Of a stretch of 64,000 nucleotides of DNA, positions 18,521 to 27,113 are shown piece after piece. Origin of the DNA: Candidatus Eiseniibacteriota bacterium (GTDB taxonomy: Bacteria > Eisenbacteria > RBG-16-71-46). The notes beneath the pieces were generated by a model. That model ran no database searches, was not told the origin of the DNA, and saw only the letters and a list, made by a program, of their open reading frames with translations. Each line of letters begins with the position of its first letter. Position 1 is the stretch's first letter. The DNA is taken from contig CAVUWA010000009.1 in assembly GCA_963744995.1 (NCBI GenBank), positions 64,001-128,000 of the forward strand, written 5' to 3'. The translations under genes were made by a program, and so were the position numbers.

Positions 18521-21500
18521 ATGGCCATCACGCCGGGCTATCATCTCGATCAGTACGAGGTCCTCGGCGCGCTCGGCGCAGGCGGCATGGGCGAGGTGTA
18601 CCGCGCCCGTGACGCCCGCCTCGACCGCGACGTGGCGATCAAGGCGCTGCCCGCCGCCGTGGCGGCCGATCCCGACCGGCTCGCCCGCTTCAGGCGCGAA
18701 GCCCGGGTGGTCGCGCAGCTCAATCACCCGCACATCGCACAGATCCACCAGCTGCTCGAGCACGCGAGCGGCACCTACCTGGTGCTGGAGTACGTGCCGG
18801 GGAAGACCCTCGCCGAGACCCTGCAGGCGCGGGAGGGGCTGGAGATCGAAGAGGCGCTGCGGCTCTGCACGCAGGTCGCGCGTGCGATCGAGGCGGCGCA
18901 CGGGCGCGGCGTCGTGCATCGCGATCTCAAGCCCGGGAACGTGATGGTGACACCGGACGGCACCGCGAAGGTGCTCGACTTCGGGCTGGCGGTGCAGGCC
19001 GCCGCGCCCGGCAGCGGCGCGACCGCCACGCGCACGCGCTCGACCGCGGGCGGCGGCGGCGTGCAGGGCACGCCGGGCTACATGGCGCCCGAGCAGGTGC
19101 GCGGCGAGGAAGTGGACGGGCGCGCCGACCTGTGGGCCTTCGGCTGCGTGCTCTACGAGTGTCTGGCGGGCGTACCGGCCATCCGCGGCCGCTCGCACGC
19201 CGAGCTGCATGCGGCGACGCTCACCGCCGACCCCGAGCTGGGCCGCCTGCCCGGCTCGCTCGCCGAGCCGGTGCGCGCCATCCTGCGGCGCTGCCTGACG
19301 CGCGACCTGGGCCGCCGCCAGCAGTCGATCGCTGACGTGCGGATCGTCCTGCAGGAAGCGCTCGGCGTCGCGCCGGTCACGCCGGACGTGCCGGAGGTTG
19401 TGGCGGCGCAGAGTCCCCACAACTTGCCGCGCGACACCAGCCACTTCATCGGCCGCGAGACGCAGCTGGAAGCGCTCGCCCACCTGCTCGACGACAACGT
19501 GCTGGTCACGCTCACCGGCGCCGGCGGCAGCGGGAAGACCCGGCTCTCCACCGAGCTCGGCCGACGCCTGCTCGCCCGCTTCGACGGTGGCGTCTGGCTC
19601 GCGGAGCTGGCGCCGGTGTCCGATGCGGCGCTGGTCTCACCGGCCGTGGCCGCCGCGTTCGGGGTGCGCGAGGATCCGAAGCGGCCGCTCGCGGAGACCA
19701 TCGCGTCCCACCTTCAGGAGCGCAAAGCGCTGCTGATCCTCGACAACTGCGAGCACCTGCTCGAAACCACCAGCGATCTGGCGCAGGCGCTGCTGCGCGG
19801 CGTGCCGGGGTTGCGGATCGTCGCGACCAGCCGCGAGGCGCTCGGCGTGGCCGGCGAGCGGTCGTACCGCGTGCCGAGCCTCACGCTTCCGGAGGCGACC
19901 GCGCGCGCGGCCGGCGCGCGAAGCCCCGCCTCCTCTTCGCGGGGAACGCCCGTTCCGCGCACGCCGTCGTCGACGCCCGCCTCGGGGGGGCGCGCGACGC
20001 CCGGCAGCCGCGGCACGCCCGCGACCCCCGAATCCGCACCGGTGGATCTCGCCGCGCTGCTCGCCAGCGAAGCCGTGACGCTGTTCGTGGATCGCGCCCG
20101 CGGCGTGCGTCCGGCCTTCGAGCTCAACGAATCGAACGCGGCCGCCGTGGCCGGCATCTGCGTGAAGCTCGACGGCATTCCGCTCGCGATCGAGCTGGCG
20201 GCGGCCCGGGTCAAGATCCTGAGCCCCGAGCAGATCCTCGCCAAGCTCGATGACCGCTTCCGGCTGCTCACGAGCGGCGGGCGCGGCGTGATGGAGCGCC
20301 AGCGCACGCTGCGTGCCGCCGTGGACTGGTCCTACAAGCTGCTCACGGTCAGCGAGCGCCGCATGCTGCGCGCACTCTCGGTGTTCGCCGGCGGCTGGAC
20401 GCTGGAGTCGGCGATCGCGGTGTGCGGGCCCGGCGGCGGCGAAGAAGGCGAAGACCTCGACGAGTTCGAGGTGCTGGACCTGCTCACCCACCTCATCGAC
20501 AAGTCGCTGGTGCTGGTGGACGACGCGGGCGAAGCGCCGCGTTACCGGCTGCTCGAGACGGTGCGGCAGTACGCGTCGGAGGAGCTCGACCGCGAGGATG
20601 AGACCATGGCGGTGCGAGACCGCCACCTCGATCACTTCCATGACCTCGTCTGTGAGGCGAGTGCCGGTGACGACTCCTACTGGTCGATCCCGGAGGACTG
20701 GAAGCGCCGCATGCTGCCCGACGCGGAGAACCTGCTCGAAGCGATGGCCTGGGCGCGGGTGGCGCCGGCGGCGGAAAGCGAGGGCAAGTCGCGGATCAGC
20801 GAGGGGCTGCTCATCGGCGAGCGGCTGCAGGGGTTCTGGACCGGGAACGGGCTGCACCGGCCGGCGCTCCTTGCACTCGAGGGCCTGCTCGAGCGACGGG
20901 ATGAGGCGGATCCGGAGCGGGTGGCGCACGGGTTCTACGTGGCCGGGAACCTGACGTCGCAACTGGGTGATCTGGAGCAGGGGCGGGCGCACATGGAGCG
21001 CGGGCTCGAGATCGGCCGCGCCCTGGACTCGAAGGAGACGATTCGCCGCTGTCTGAATGGAGTCGGCACGAGCCATCTCTGGCGGGGTGAGGTCGAGAAG
21101 GCGCGGGCGTGCTTCGAAGAGTCGCTTGCACTGGCGCGTGAGATCGGCGAGGCGGGCCGGATCGGCGCCGCCCTGCAGAACCTCGCGACGGCGACCCAGG
21201 ACGACGCAGAGAAAGCACGCGCCCTGACGGAGGAGGCGCTGGGCTTCTACCGTTCGGCGGACAATCTGATCGGTATGGCTCAGTGCACGTACAATCTCGG
21301 TGGGATTCATAAGATGGCACGCGAGTTCGAGAAGGCGCGCACGTTGCTCGCAGATAGCGTCGGGCTGTTCCAGCGGATGGGAGACCGCACCCACTTCGCG
21401 GCCGCGAGCGGGTCGCTCGGGGAGTGTCTCGTCCGCGTGGGCGAACTGGACGAAGCGCGCGCCCGGCTCACCGAGGCCATCGCCCTGGCGGTGGTGGATC

Positions 21501-21826
21501 GCGTCCCCGTGACCTTGCTCAACGTGATCGATTCGATTGCTCTCTTGATCGCCGCAACCGGAGAGCCGGAACGAGCCATCCGGTATCTCAGTGCGGAGGA
21601 GGCGCTCGCCTCGGCCATCGGCATCGAGGCAACCCCTGCGGAAGCGCTTCGCAACCAGGAGGACGTGGCGGCCGCCCGCGCCGCGCTGCGCGAAGCGACC
21701 GGTTCGGACGAGGCGGCCGACCGCGCCGAGGCCGAGGGCAAGGCGATGACGCTCGAGGCGCTCAGCGCCGACGCCGCGGCGTGGCTGAAGTTGCTGGAAG
21801 CGAAGGCGGGCGCCGCGGACGCATGA
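18521..21826 (+). CDS. Ser/Thr protein kinase - STAND/NB-ARC-like ATPase - TPR protein
   Basis: Kinase motifs GAGGMGEV, VAIK, HRDLKPGN, DFGLA, GTPGYMAPE. ATPase motifs FIGRE, GAGGSGKT, LLILDNCEHL, GIPLAIELAA. Winged-helix region LIDKSLV...YRLLETVRQY. C-terminal TPR-like helices. Confidence 0.9.
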   Translation: MAITPGYHLDQYEVLGALGAGGMGEVYRARDARLDRDVAIKALPAAVAADPDRLARFRREARVVAQLNHPHIAQIHQLLEHASGTYLVLEYVPGKTLAETLQAREGLEIEEALRLCTQVARAIEAAHGRGVVHRDLKPGNVMVTPDGTAKVLDFGLAVQAAAPGSGATATRTRSTAGGGGVQGTPGYMAPEQVRGEEVDGRADLWAFGCVLYECLAGVPAIRGRSHAELHAATLTADPELGRLPGSLAEPVRAILRRCLTRDLGRRQQSIADVRIVLQEALGVAPVTPDVPEVVAAQSPHNLPRDTSHFIGRETQLEALAHLLDDNVLVTLTGAGGSGKTRLSTELGRRLLARFDGGVWLAELAPVSDAALVSPAVAAAFGVREDPKRPLAETIASHLQERKALLILDNCEHLLETTSDLAQALLRGVPGLRIVATSREALGVAGERSYRVPSLTLPEATARAAGARSPASSSRGTPVPRTPSSTPASGGRATPGSRGTPATPESAPVDLAALLASEAVTLFVDRARGVRPAFELNESNAAAVAGICVKLDGIPLAIELAAARVKILSPEQILAKLDDRFRLLTSGGRGVMERQRTLRAAVDWSYKLLTVSERRMLRALSVFAGGWTLESAIAVCGPGGGEEGEDLDEFEVLDLLTHLIDKSLVLVDDAGEAPRYRLLETVRQYASEELDREDETMAVRDRHLDHFHDLVCEASAGDDSYWSIPEDWKRRMLPDAENLLEAMAWARVAPAAESEGKSRISEGLLIGERLQGFWTGNGLHRPALLALEGLLERRDEADPERVAHGFYVAGNLTSQLGDLEQGRAHMERGLEIGRALDSKETIRRCLNGVGTSHLWRGEVEKARACFEESLALAREIGEAGRIGAALQNLATATQDDAEKARALTEEALGFYRSADNLIGMAQCTYNLGGIHKMAREFEKARTLLADSVGLFQRMGDRTHFAAASGSLGECLVRVGELDEARARLTEAIALAVVDRVPVTLLNVIDSIALLIAATGEPERAIRYLSAEEALASAIGIEATPAEALRNQEDVAAARAALREATGSDEAADRAEAEGKAMTLEALSADAAAWLKLLEAKAGAADA

Positions 21827-21854
21827 TTGCCGCCGCGGCGCCGGGATCCGGCGC

Positions 21855-22217
21855 TCAGGTCGCCGCGCGCAGCACTCCCGTACACCACAGGCCATCCTCA
21901 CGCCGTTCGAGCGCGAGGGGTGTCAGCCGCTTTGCTGCGCAGGGTCCCGCGAAGCAGATCCCCGTATCCGGCGCGTAGCGGGCGCCGTGGTGGCAGCACA
22001 CCAGCGCGTCGGACGCCTCGTCGAAGAAGTGCCCGTCGCCGAAGTCGAGCATCTGGGCCTGATGCCGGCACGCGTTGAGGTAGGCGTAGAGCCGCCCGTG
22101 CCAGCACACCGCGAACGCCGGGCGCCGGATGCCGTCCACCGTGACCTCGAAACGGCGGCTCTGGGCTTCGCCGAGCGTGCGGGGCGCGGGGAGGACGAGG
22201 ATGGCATCGAACGGCAT
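21855..22217 (-). CDS. Rieske (2Fe-2S) ferredoxin-like protein
   Basis: YLNACRH and LVCCHHGARY...G.CFAGPC Rieske motifs. Confidence 0.88.
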   Translation of the reverse strand: MPFDAILVLPAPRTLGEAQSRRFEVTVDGIRRPAFAVCWHGRLYAYLNACRHQAQMLDFGDGHFFDEASDALVCCHHGARYAPDTGICFAGPCAAKRLTPLALERREDGLWCTGVLRAAT

Positions 22218-22347
22218 GGGCGGATCTCCGGAGCGGGCCCGTTTCCCCGGGGACGCGGGCGCCCCATGGCAGGGCCGCGGCAGGCGGGGCTGGCCGGTGA
22301 GCGGCGGATCATGGCAGAATCGCGACTTCCCCGACAGGAGGCCCCGA

Positions 22348-22909
22348 ATGAATGCACAGCGACCGCTGATCGCGGTCTACGGCAGCAGCACCACCCGCGA
22401 AGGCCAGCCGGCCTACGATCTCGCCCTGGCGCTCGGGCGTCACCTCGGGGAGCTCGGCGCCGACGTGATGACCGGCGGCTACTCGGGCGTCATGGAGGCC
22501 TGCTCGCGCGGCGCGCGCGAGGCGGGTGCACGCGCGGTGGGGGTGACGGTCGAGCTGTTCGAGGCGCGTGGCCCCGCGAACCGGTGGGTGAACGAGCGCG
22601 TCCACACGCCGGACCTCTACGCGCGCCTGCAGCACATCGTGGCGCCGCGCCGACGGTTTCGTCGTCGCGCCCGGGAGCATCGGCACGCTGACCGAGCTGT
22701 ACCTGACCTGGACGCTGGTGAGCGTGAACGGCCGCCCGCGTGCGCCGATCGTGCTGCTCGGCGAGCGCTGGCCCGCGCTGCTGGAGGCGCACCGTGGCGG
22801 CGAGGCGGTGCCGGAGCGGCTCTACGAGTTCGTCGAGTGCACCGCCGATCCCGGCGAGGCCGCGCGGCGGGTACTGGCCGCCGTGCAGGCGCCGGGGGCA
22901 TCCACGTGA
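22348..22909 (+). CDS. LOG family (Rossmann-fold nucleotide phosphoribohydrolase) protein, with one apparent +1 frameshift near 22645
   Basis: IAVYGSS, MTGGYSGVMEACSRGAREAG. Removing one C at 22645/22646 continues as RADGFVVAPGSIGTLTEL... to TGA 22907-22909. AGGAGG RBS. Confidence 0.8.
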
Positions 22910-24075
22910 GCCGCGTGTCGGCCGATCCGCTGCTCGAGTGGCGGCGCGAGTTCCCGACCCTCGACCACACCCTGCACTTCATCTCGCACTCGCTCGGCGC
23001 GATGCCGCGCGGCGTCGAGGCCGCGCTCGCCGACTACGCGCGCGCCTGGCGCGAGCGTGGCATCCGCGCCTGGGACGAGAAGTGGTTCGGGCTGCCCACC
23101 GAGATCGGCGACGTGCTCGCGCGGATCCTCGACGCGGAGCCGGGCACGATCTCGATGCACGAGAACGACACGACCGCGCACGCGATCGCGCTCTCGGCGG
23201 TGGAGTTCACGAAGGAGCGACCGCGGCTGGTGTGCACGGCGGAGGACTTCCCTTCCGAGCTCTACCTGTTCGAGGGGCTGGCGCGGCGCGGGGTCGAGAT
23301 CGTGCGCGTGCCGGCCCGCGACGGCCGCACCATCGAGGAGGCCGACCTGCTCGCCGCGATCGACGAACGCACCGCGCTGGTCGCGGTCTCGCACGTGTTC
23401 TTCCGCACCGCGCAGGTGCTGGATCTCGCGCCGATCGTGGAGCGCGCGCGCGCGGTCGGCGCGCTCACGCTGGTGGATGCCTACCAGTCGGTGGGCACGC
23501 TGTCGTTCAGCGTGCGCGCGCTCGCGCTCGACATGCTGGCCGGCGGCTCGGTGAAGTGGCTGTGCGGCGGCCCGGGCGCGGGCTACCTGTACGTGCGGCC
23601 GGGCCTGCGCGAGCAGCTCCGACCCGCATTCACCGGCTGGATGGCGCACGCGGCGCCGTTCGACTTCGACGCGGGTCCGATGCGGCCGGATCCCGGCGCA
23701 CGGCGCTTCTGGACCGGCACGCCGGGGATCCCGTCATTCGTCGCCGCGCGTCCCGGCTACGAGATCGTAGCAGCGATCGGCACCGAGGCGATCCGCGCCA
23801 AGTCGCTGCGCCAGACCGGCCGCATGATCGAGCTCGCCGATGGGTACGGGATGACGGTGGTCTCGCCGCGCGAGCCGGCGCGACGCGGCGGCAGCGTGGT
23901 GGTGAACGTCCCGCACGCCGACCGGGTGTGCGCGGAGCTGCTCGCCGCGGACGTGCTGCTCGACTTCCGGCCCGGCGTCGGCCTGCGCCTCGCGCCGCAC
24001 TTCTACACCACCGACGAAGAGGTGGAAGAGGTCATGCGCCGGGTGAAGGACGCCGCGGCGCGCGCCGCCGGCTGA
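22906..24075 (+). CDS. Kynureninase-like aminotransferase class V enzyme
   Basis: SHSLGAMP, DFPS, VDAYQSVG, GGSVKWLCGGPG, GWMAH, GTP, RRGG, DFRP and RLAPHFY. GTGA overlap with the LOG stop. Confidence 0.82.
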   Translation: MSRVSADPLLEWRREFPTLDHTLHFISHSLGAMPRGVEAALADYARAWRERGIRAWDEKWFGLPTEIGDVLARILDAEPGTISMHENDTTAHAIALSAVEFTKERPRLVCTAEDFPSELYLFEGLARRGVEIVRVPARDGRTIEEADLLAAIDERTALVAVSHVFFRTAQVLDLAPIVERARAVGALTLVDAYQSVGTLSFSVRALALDMLAGGSVKWLCGGPGAGYLYVRPGLREQLRPAFTGWMAHAAPFDFDAGPMRPDPGARRFWTGTPGIPSFVAARPGYEIVAAIGTEAIRAKSLRQTGRMIELADGYGMTVVSPREPARRGGSVVVNVPHADRVCAELLAADVLLDFRPGVGLRLAPHFYTTDEEVEEVMRRVKDAAARAAG

Positions 24076-24097
24076 ATGTGAACGCGCGGGCGGGCTC

Positions 24098-24106
24098 TGC
24101 TAGAGT
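24098..24106 (+). promoter_or_regulatory. Putative extended -10 promoter for thyX
   Basis: TGCTAGAGT (TGn-TAnnnT) in the intergenic region. Confidence 0.35.
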
Positions 24107-24229
24107 GCGCGCGGACGAGATCGCATGCGCGGCCTGTTGCTGCGCGCCGGCAACGACGCCCGTCCGCCCGCGGATGGACAGCATGGACGCGGAGCCGCCG
24201 CGCGCGACCCGCTCGAACGCGAGGACACC

Positions 24230-25030
24230 ATGAAGGACACCACCGCCGTCGAGACCCCGCCGCTCAAGATCGTGCGCGAGCCGAAAGTCTACGTCGTCGG
24301 CCGCCAGAGCCTGGATCCCGCCGCGATCGACCGCTTCCTCGAGGACCACGCCGCGAGCTGGCAGACCGACACCGAGGTCGGCGGCGAGGCGCTGGCCGAG
24401 ATGGCGGGCCGGGTCTGCTACATGTCCTACGGCAAGGGCCGCCGCACCAACCGCGAGTTCATCGAGCACATCGTCGAGGTCGGGCACGGCTCGGTGCTGG
24501 AACACGCGGTGTGGAGCTTCCTGGTCACCGGCGTGTCACGCTCGTTCACCCACGAGCTGATCCGCCACCGCCACTTCTCGTACTCGCAGCTCTCGCAGCG
24601 CTACGTGGACGAGTCGCACTCCGACTACATCGAGCCCGACGGGATCGCCGCCGATCCCGAACTGCACGCGATCTGGACCGACGCGGTGAACACGGCGCGC
24701 GCGGCCTACGTGCGGCTGGTCGAGGGCCTGCAGAAGCAGTACGCGCAGGTGCCCGACCGCACGCTGCGCCGCAAGCTCGCGCGCCAGGCCGCGCGCTCGG
24801 TGCTCCCGAATGCCACCGAGACCAAGATCTTCGTCACCGGCAACGTCCGTGCGCTCCGGCATTTCATCGAGCTGCGCGGCAGCGAGCACGCCGACGTCGA
24901 GATCCGCAAGGTCGCCGTGCAGGTCCTGAAGCTCATGCAGGCCGAAGCGCCGGCGATGTTCTCCGACTACGAGCTGGTGCCGCTCGAAGACGGCGGGTTC
25001 GCGACCCGGACGGCGCACCCCAAGGTCTGA
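24230..25030 (+). CDS. thyX: FAD-dependent thymidylate synthase
   Basis: AGRVCYMSY, GHGSVLEH, SRSFTHELIRHRHFSYSQLSQRY (RHRX7S motif), ARSVLPNATET and HADVEIR. GAGG RBS. Confidence 0.95.
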   Translation: MKDTTAVETPPLKIVREPKVYVVGRQSLDPAAIDRFLEDHAASWQTDTEVGGEALAEMAGRVCYMSYGKGRRTNREFIEHIVEVGHGSVLEHAVWSFLVTGVSRSFTHELIRHRHFSYSQLSQRYVDESHSDYIEPDGIAADPELHAIWTDAVNTARAAYVRLVEGLQKQYAQVPDRTLRRKLARQAARSVLPNATETKIFVTGNVRALRHFIELRGSEHADVEIRKVAVQVLKLMQAEAPAMFSDYELVPLEDGGFATRTAHPKV

Positions 25031-25041
25031 GCGGAACGGCG

Positions 25042-25887
25042 ATGGGCGGCGAACCGATCGCGATCCGGCCGCTCGAACGCCACCGTGCGGGCGCCGGCGC
25101 CGAGGCGGGGGAGGACCGGGTCGCCGTCGAGGCGCCGCTCGAGATCCGCATCGACGGCCGCGCGCTGGTCGTCACGCTGCGCACCCCCGGGCACGATCGC
25201 GAGCTCGCGCTCGGCTTCCTGGCCGGCGAGGCGCTGATCGCCGCCCGGGAGGACGTCGCGGGCATCGCCCTCACCGCCGCGGCCTGTGCCGAGGAGCCCG
25301 ACATCGCCGACGTCGCCCTCGCCCCGCAGGTGCGCGTGGACTGGTCGCGGCTCGAGCGTCACTTCGCCGCGACCTCGGCCTGCGGCCTGTGCGGCCGGGC
25401 GCATCTCGATTCGCTGCGCCGGGGGCTCGCGCCGATGACGCACGGCGGTTCGTTCGAGCCTGCGGCGCTGATGGCCGTGCCGGAGCGCATGCGCGGGGCG
25501 CAGGCGGCGTTCCAGGCGACCGGCGGCATCCATGCCGCCGCGTACCTCGATGCGGCGCTCGCGCCCGGGGTGCTCCGGGAGGATGTCGGCCGCCACAACG
25601 CGGTCGACAAGGTGAACGGCTGGCTGCTCGAGCAGGCGGCGTTTCCGGCGGGCGGTGGGCTGCTGTGGATCAGCGGCCGGGCGGGTGCGGAGATCGTGCT
25701 CAAGGCCGCACGCGCGGGCATTCCGGCGCTCGCCGCGGTGGGCGCGCCGAGCTCGCTGGCGATCACGCTCGCCGAAGCGGCCGGCATGACGCTGATCGGG
25801 TTCCTGCGCTCCGACCGGATGAACGTCTACGCGGGGCGGAACAGGGTCGCGTCGGGCGCGGGTGCACCGCGCAGCGGCGGAGTCTGA
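25042..25887 (+). CDS. fdhD: Formate dehydrogenase accessory sulfurtransferase FdhD
   Basis: VAVEAPLEI, TLRTPG, SACGLCG, FQATGGIHAAA, EDVGRHNAVDK, SGR and APSSLA. Confidence 0.93.
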   Translation: MGGEPIAIRPLERHRAGAGAEAGEDRVAVEAPLEIRIDGRALVVTLRTPGHDRELALGFLAGEALIAAREDVAGIALTAAACAEEPDIADVALAPQVRVDWSRLERHFAATSACGLCGRAHLDSLRRGLAPMTHGGSFEPAALMAVPERMRGAQAAFQATGGIHAAAYLDAALAPGVLREDVGRHNAVDKVNGWLLEQAAFPAGGGLLWISGRAGAEIVLKAARAGIPALAAVGAPSSLAITLAEAAGMTLIGFLRSDRMNVYAGRNRVASGAGAPRSGGV

Positions 25888-25957
25888 CGGACCCGGATCC
25901 CGAAATCGCCCCCGGACTGGTAGGATTGCCGGAATCTTTTCCGGAAGGAGCCCGACC

Positions 25958-27085
25958 TTGTCCAAATCCGATTCCGCCGGCACCTCGCGGCTGATCCAGC
26001 TGTGCGCCGGCTACTTCGTGTTCTACGTCGCGACCGGCGTTGCGGTGAAGTACTTCCTGCAGATCCGGGTGCCCCCGCTCAGCCAGATGGGCTATCTGGT
26101 GCAGAACACGATCGGCGGCTCGACGTTCGCCCTGCTGGTCGTGATCATCCTGGGCTGGATCCGGATGCAGTCCAACCGGCTGGTGCAGGTGGGACCGTTC
26201 CGGATTCCCGTCGAGGCGGCCTACATCGTTCCGTCGGGCGTCTTCACCGCGATCATCATTCCGACCACGACCCTCATGTACACGCTGCCGATCTCGGTGA
26301 TGGTGGCGATGGTGATCATGCGCGGCAGCGTGATCGTGATCAGCCGGGTCGTGGACGCGATCCTGGCCAGACAGGGCATCCTCAAGAAGCGGGTCTACCA
26401 CGAGGAGAACGTGGCGGTGGTGTTCGCGCTGCTGGCGGTGGCGACCCACGTCCTGCTGGTGCCGGTGGCGTCGTGGCTCGAGGCGCGCGGCGTGCCGGCG
26501 GAGCACTGGACCGGCGTCGATCCGAGCTCGGCGCGCGGCAGCTTCGACTTCCTGCACAACCACGCCGCGATGACGATCCTCGGCTCGTACGTAGTCGCGT
26601 ACTCGTTCCGCATCTACATCATGAACTACTTCAAGAACACGCGCGGCAAGGGCGTCTCGCAGGACAACCGCGGTTTCTTCGCGATCGAACAGGTCGCTGC
26701 GGCGACGACGATGGTGATCATCGGCGTGGTCGTGTTCTATTCACCGGGCCTGTTCGGCTGGACCGGACCGCTGGTGGACGATTTCCGCGCAGGGCTCATG
26801 CACCCGCACTGGTCTCCCGTGCTCTCGGGGATCCCGTTCGGCGTGGTGGCGTTCTTCTCGGTGTTCATCTTCCTGTTCCGCGGGCGCACCGCCACCTTCG
26901 CCGGCCTCGTGAACCGGCTCACCTCGCTCATGGCCGGCACCGCGGCCACGCTGCTGATGTTCTTCGTGTTCGGCAGCGCGTTCCCGTCGATGCGCGACTG
27001 GGTGTCGCTGGCGTTCATCCTGATCGCGGTGTGGTTCCTGGCGCGTGCGGAGCGGCGGCGCATGGCGGAGTTGAGCACGGCCTGA
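25958..27085 (+). CDS. Hypothetical polytopic membrane protein (about 10 TM, possibly DMT/EamA-like)
   Basis: Strong coding bias and many hydrophobic helices. TTG start follows an AAGGAG RBS. No family recognised with confidence. Confidence 0.75.
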   Translation: MSKSDSAGTSRLIQLCAGYFVFYVATGVAVKYFLQIRVPPLSQMGYLVQNTIGGSTFALLVVIILGWIRMQSNRLVQVGPFRIPVEAAYIVPSGVFTAIIIPTTTLMYTLPISVMVAMVIMRGSVIVISRVVDAILARQGILKKRVYHEENVAVVFALLAVATHVLLVPVASWLEARGVPAEHWTGVDPSSARGSFDFLHNHAAMTILGSYVVAYSFRIYIMNYFKNTRGKGVSQDNRGFFAIEQVAAATTMVIIGVVVFYSPGLFGWTGPLVDDFRAGLMHPHWSPVLSGIPFGVVAFFSVFIFLFRGRTATFAGLVNRLTSLMAGTAATLLMFFVFGSAFPSMRDWVSLAFILIAVWFLARAERRRMAELSTA

Positions 27086-27113
27086 GGCGGCGCGGTGCGG
27101 CGCCGCGCCCGTC

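Noticed and set aside
22129..24075. Apparent 648-aa LOG-kynureninase fusion
   Set aside because: One extra C near 22645 shifts LOG into the downstream frame. The true LOG C-terminus (PGSIGTLTEL) lies in another frame and stops at 22909, overlapping the GTG of the next gene.
24113..24229. Possible riboswitch in the thyX leader
   Set aside because: Only a 7-bp stem (24136-24154) and a weak second stem, as expected at this GC content. No recognisable aptamer consensus. An Infernal/Rfam scan would settle it.
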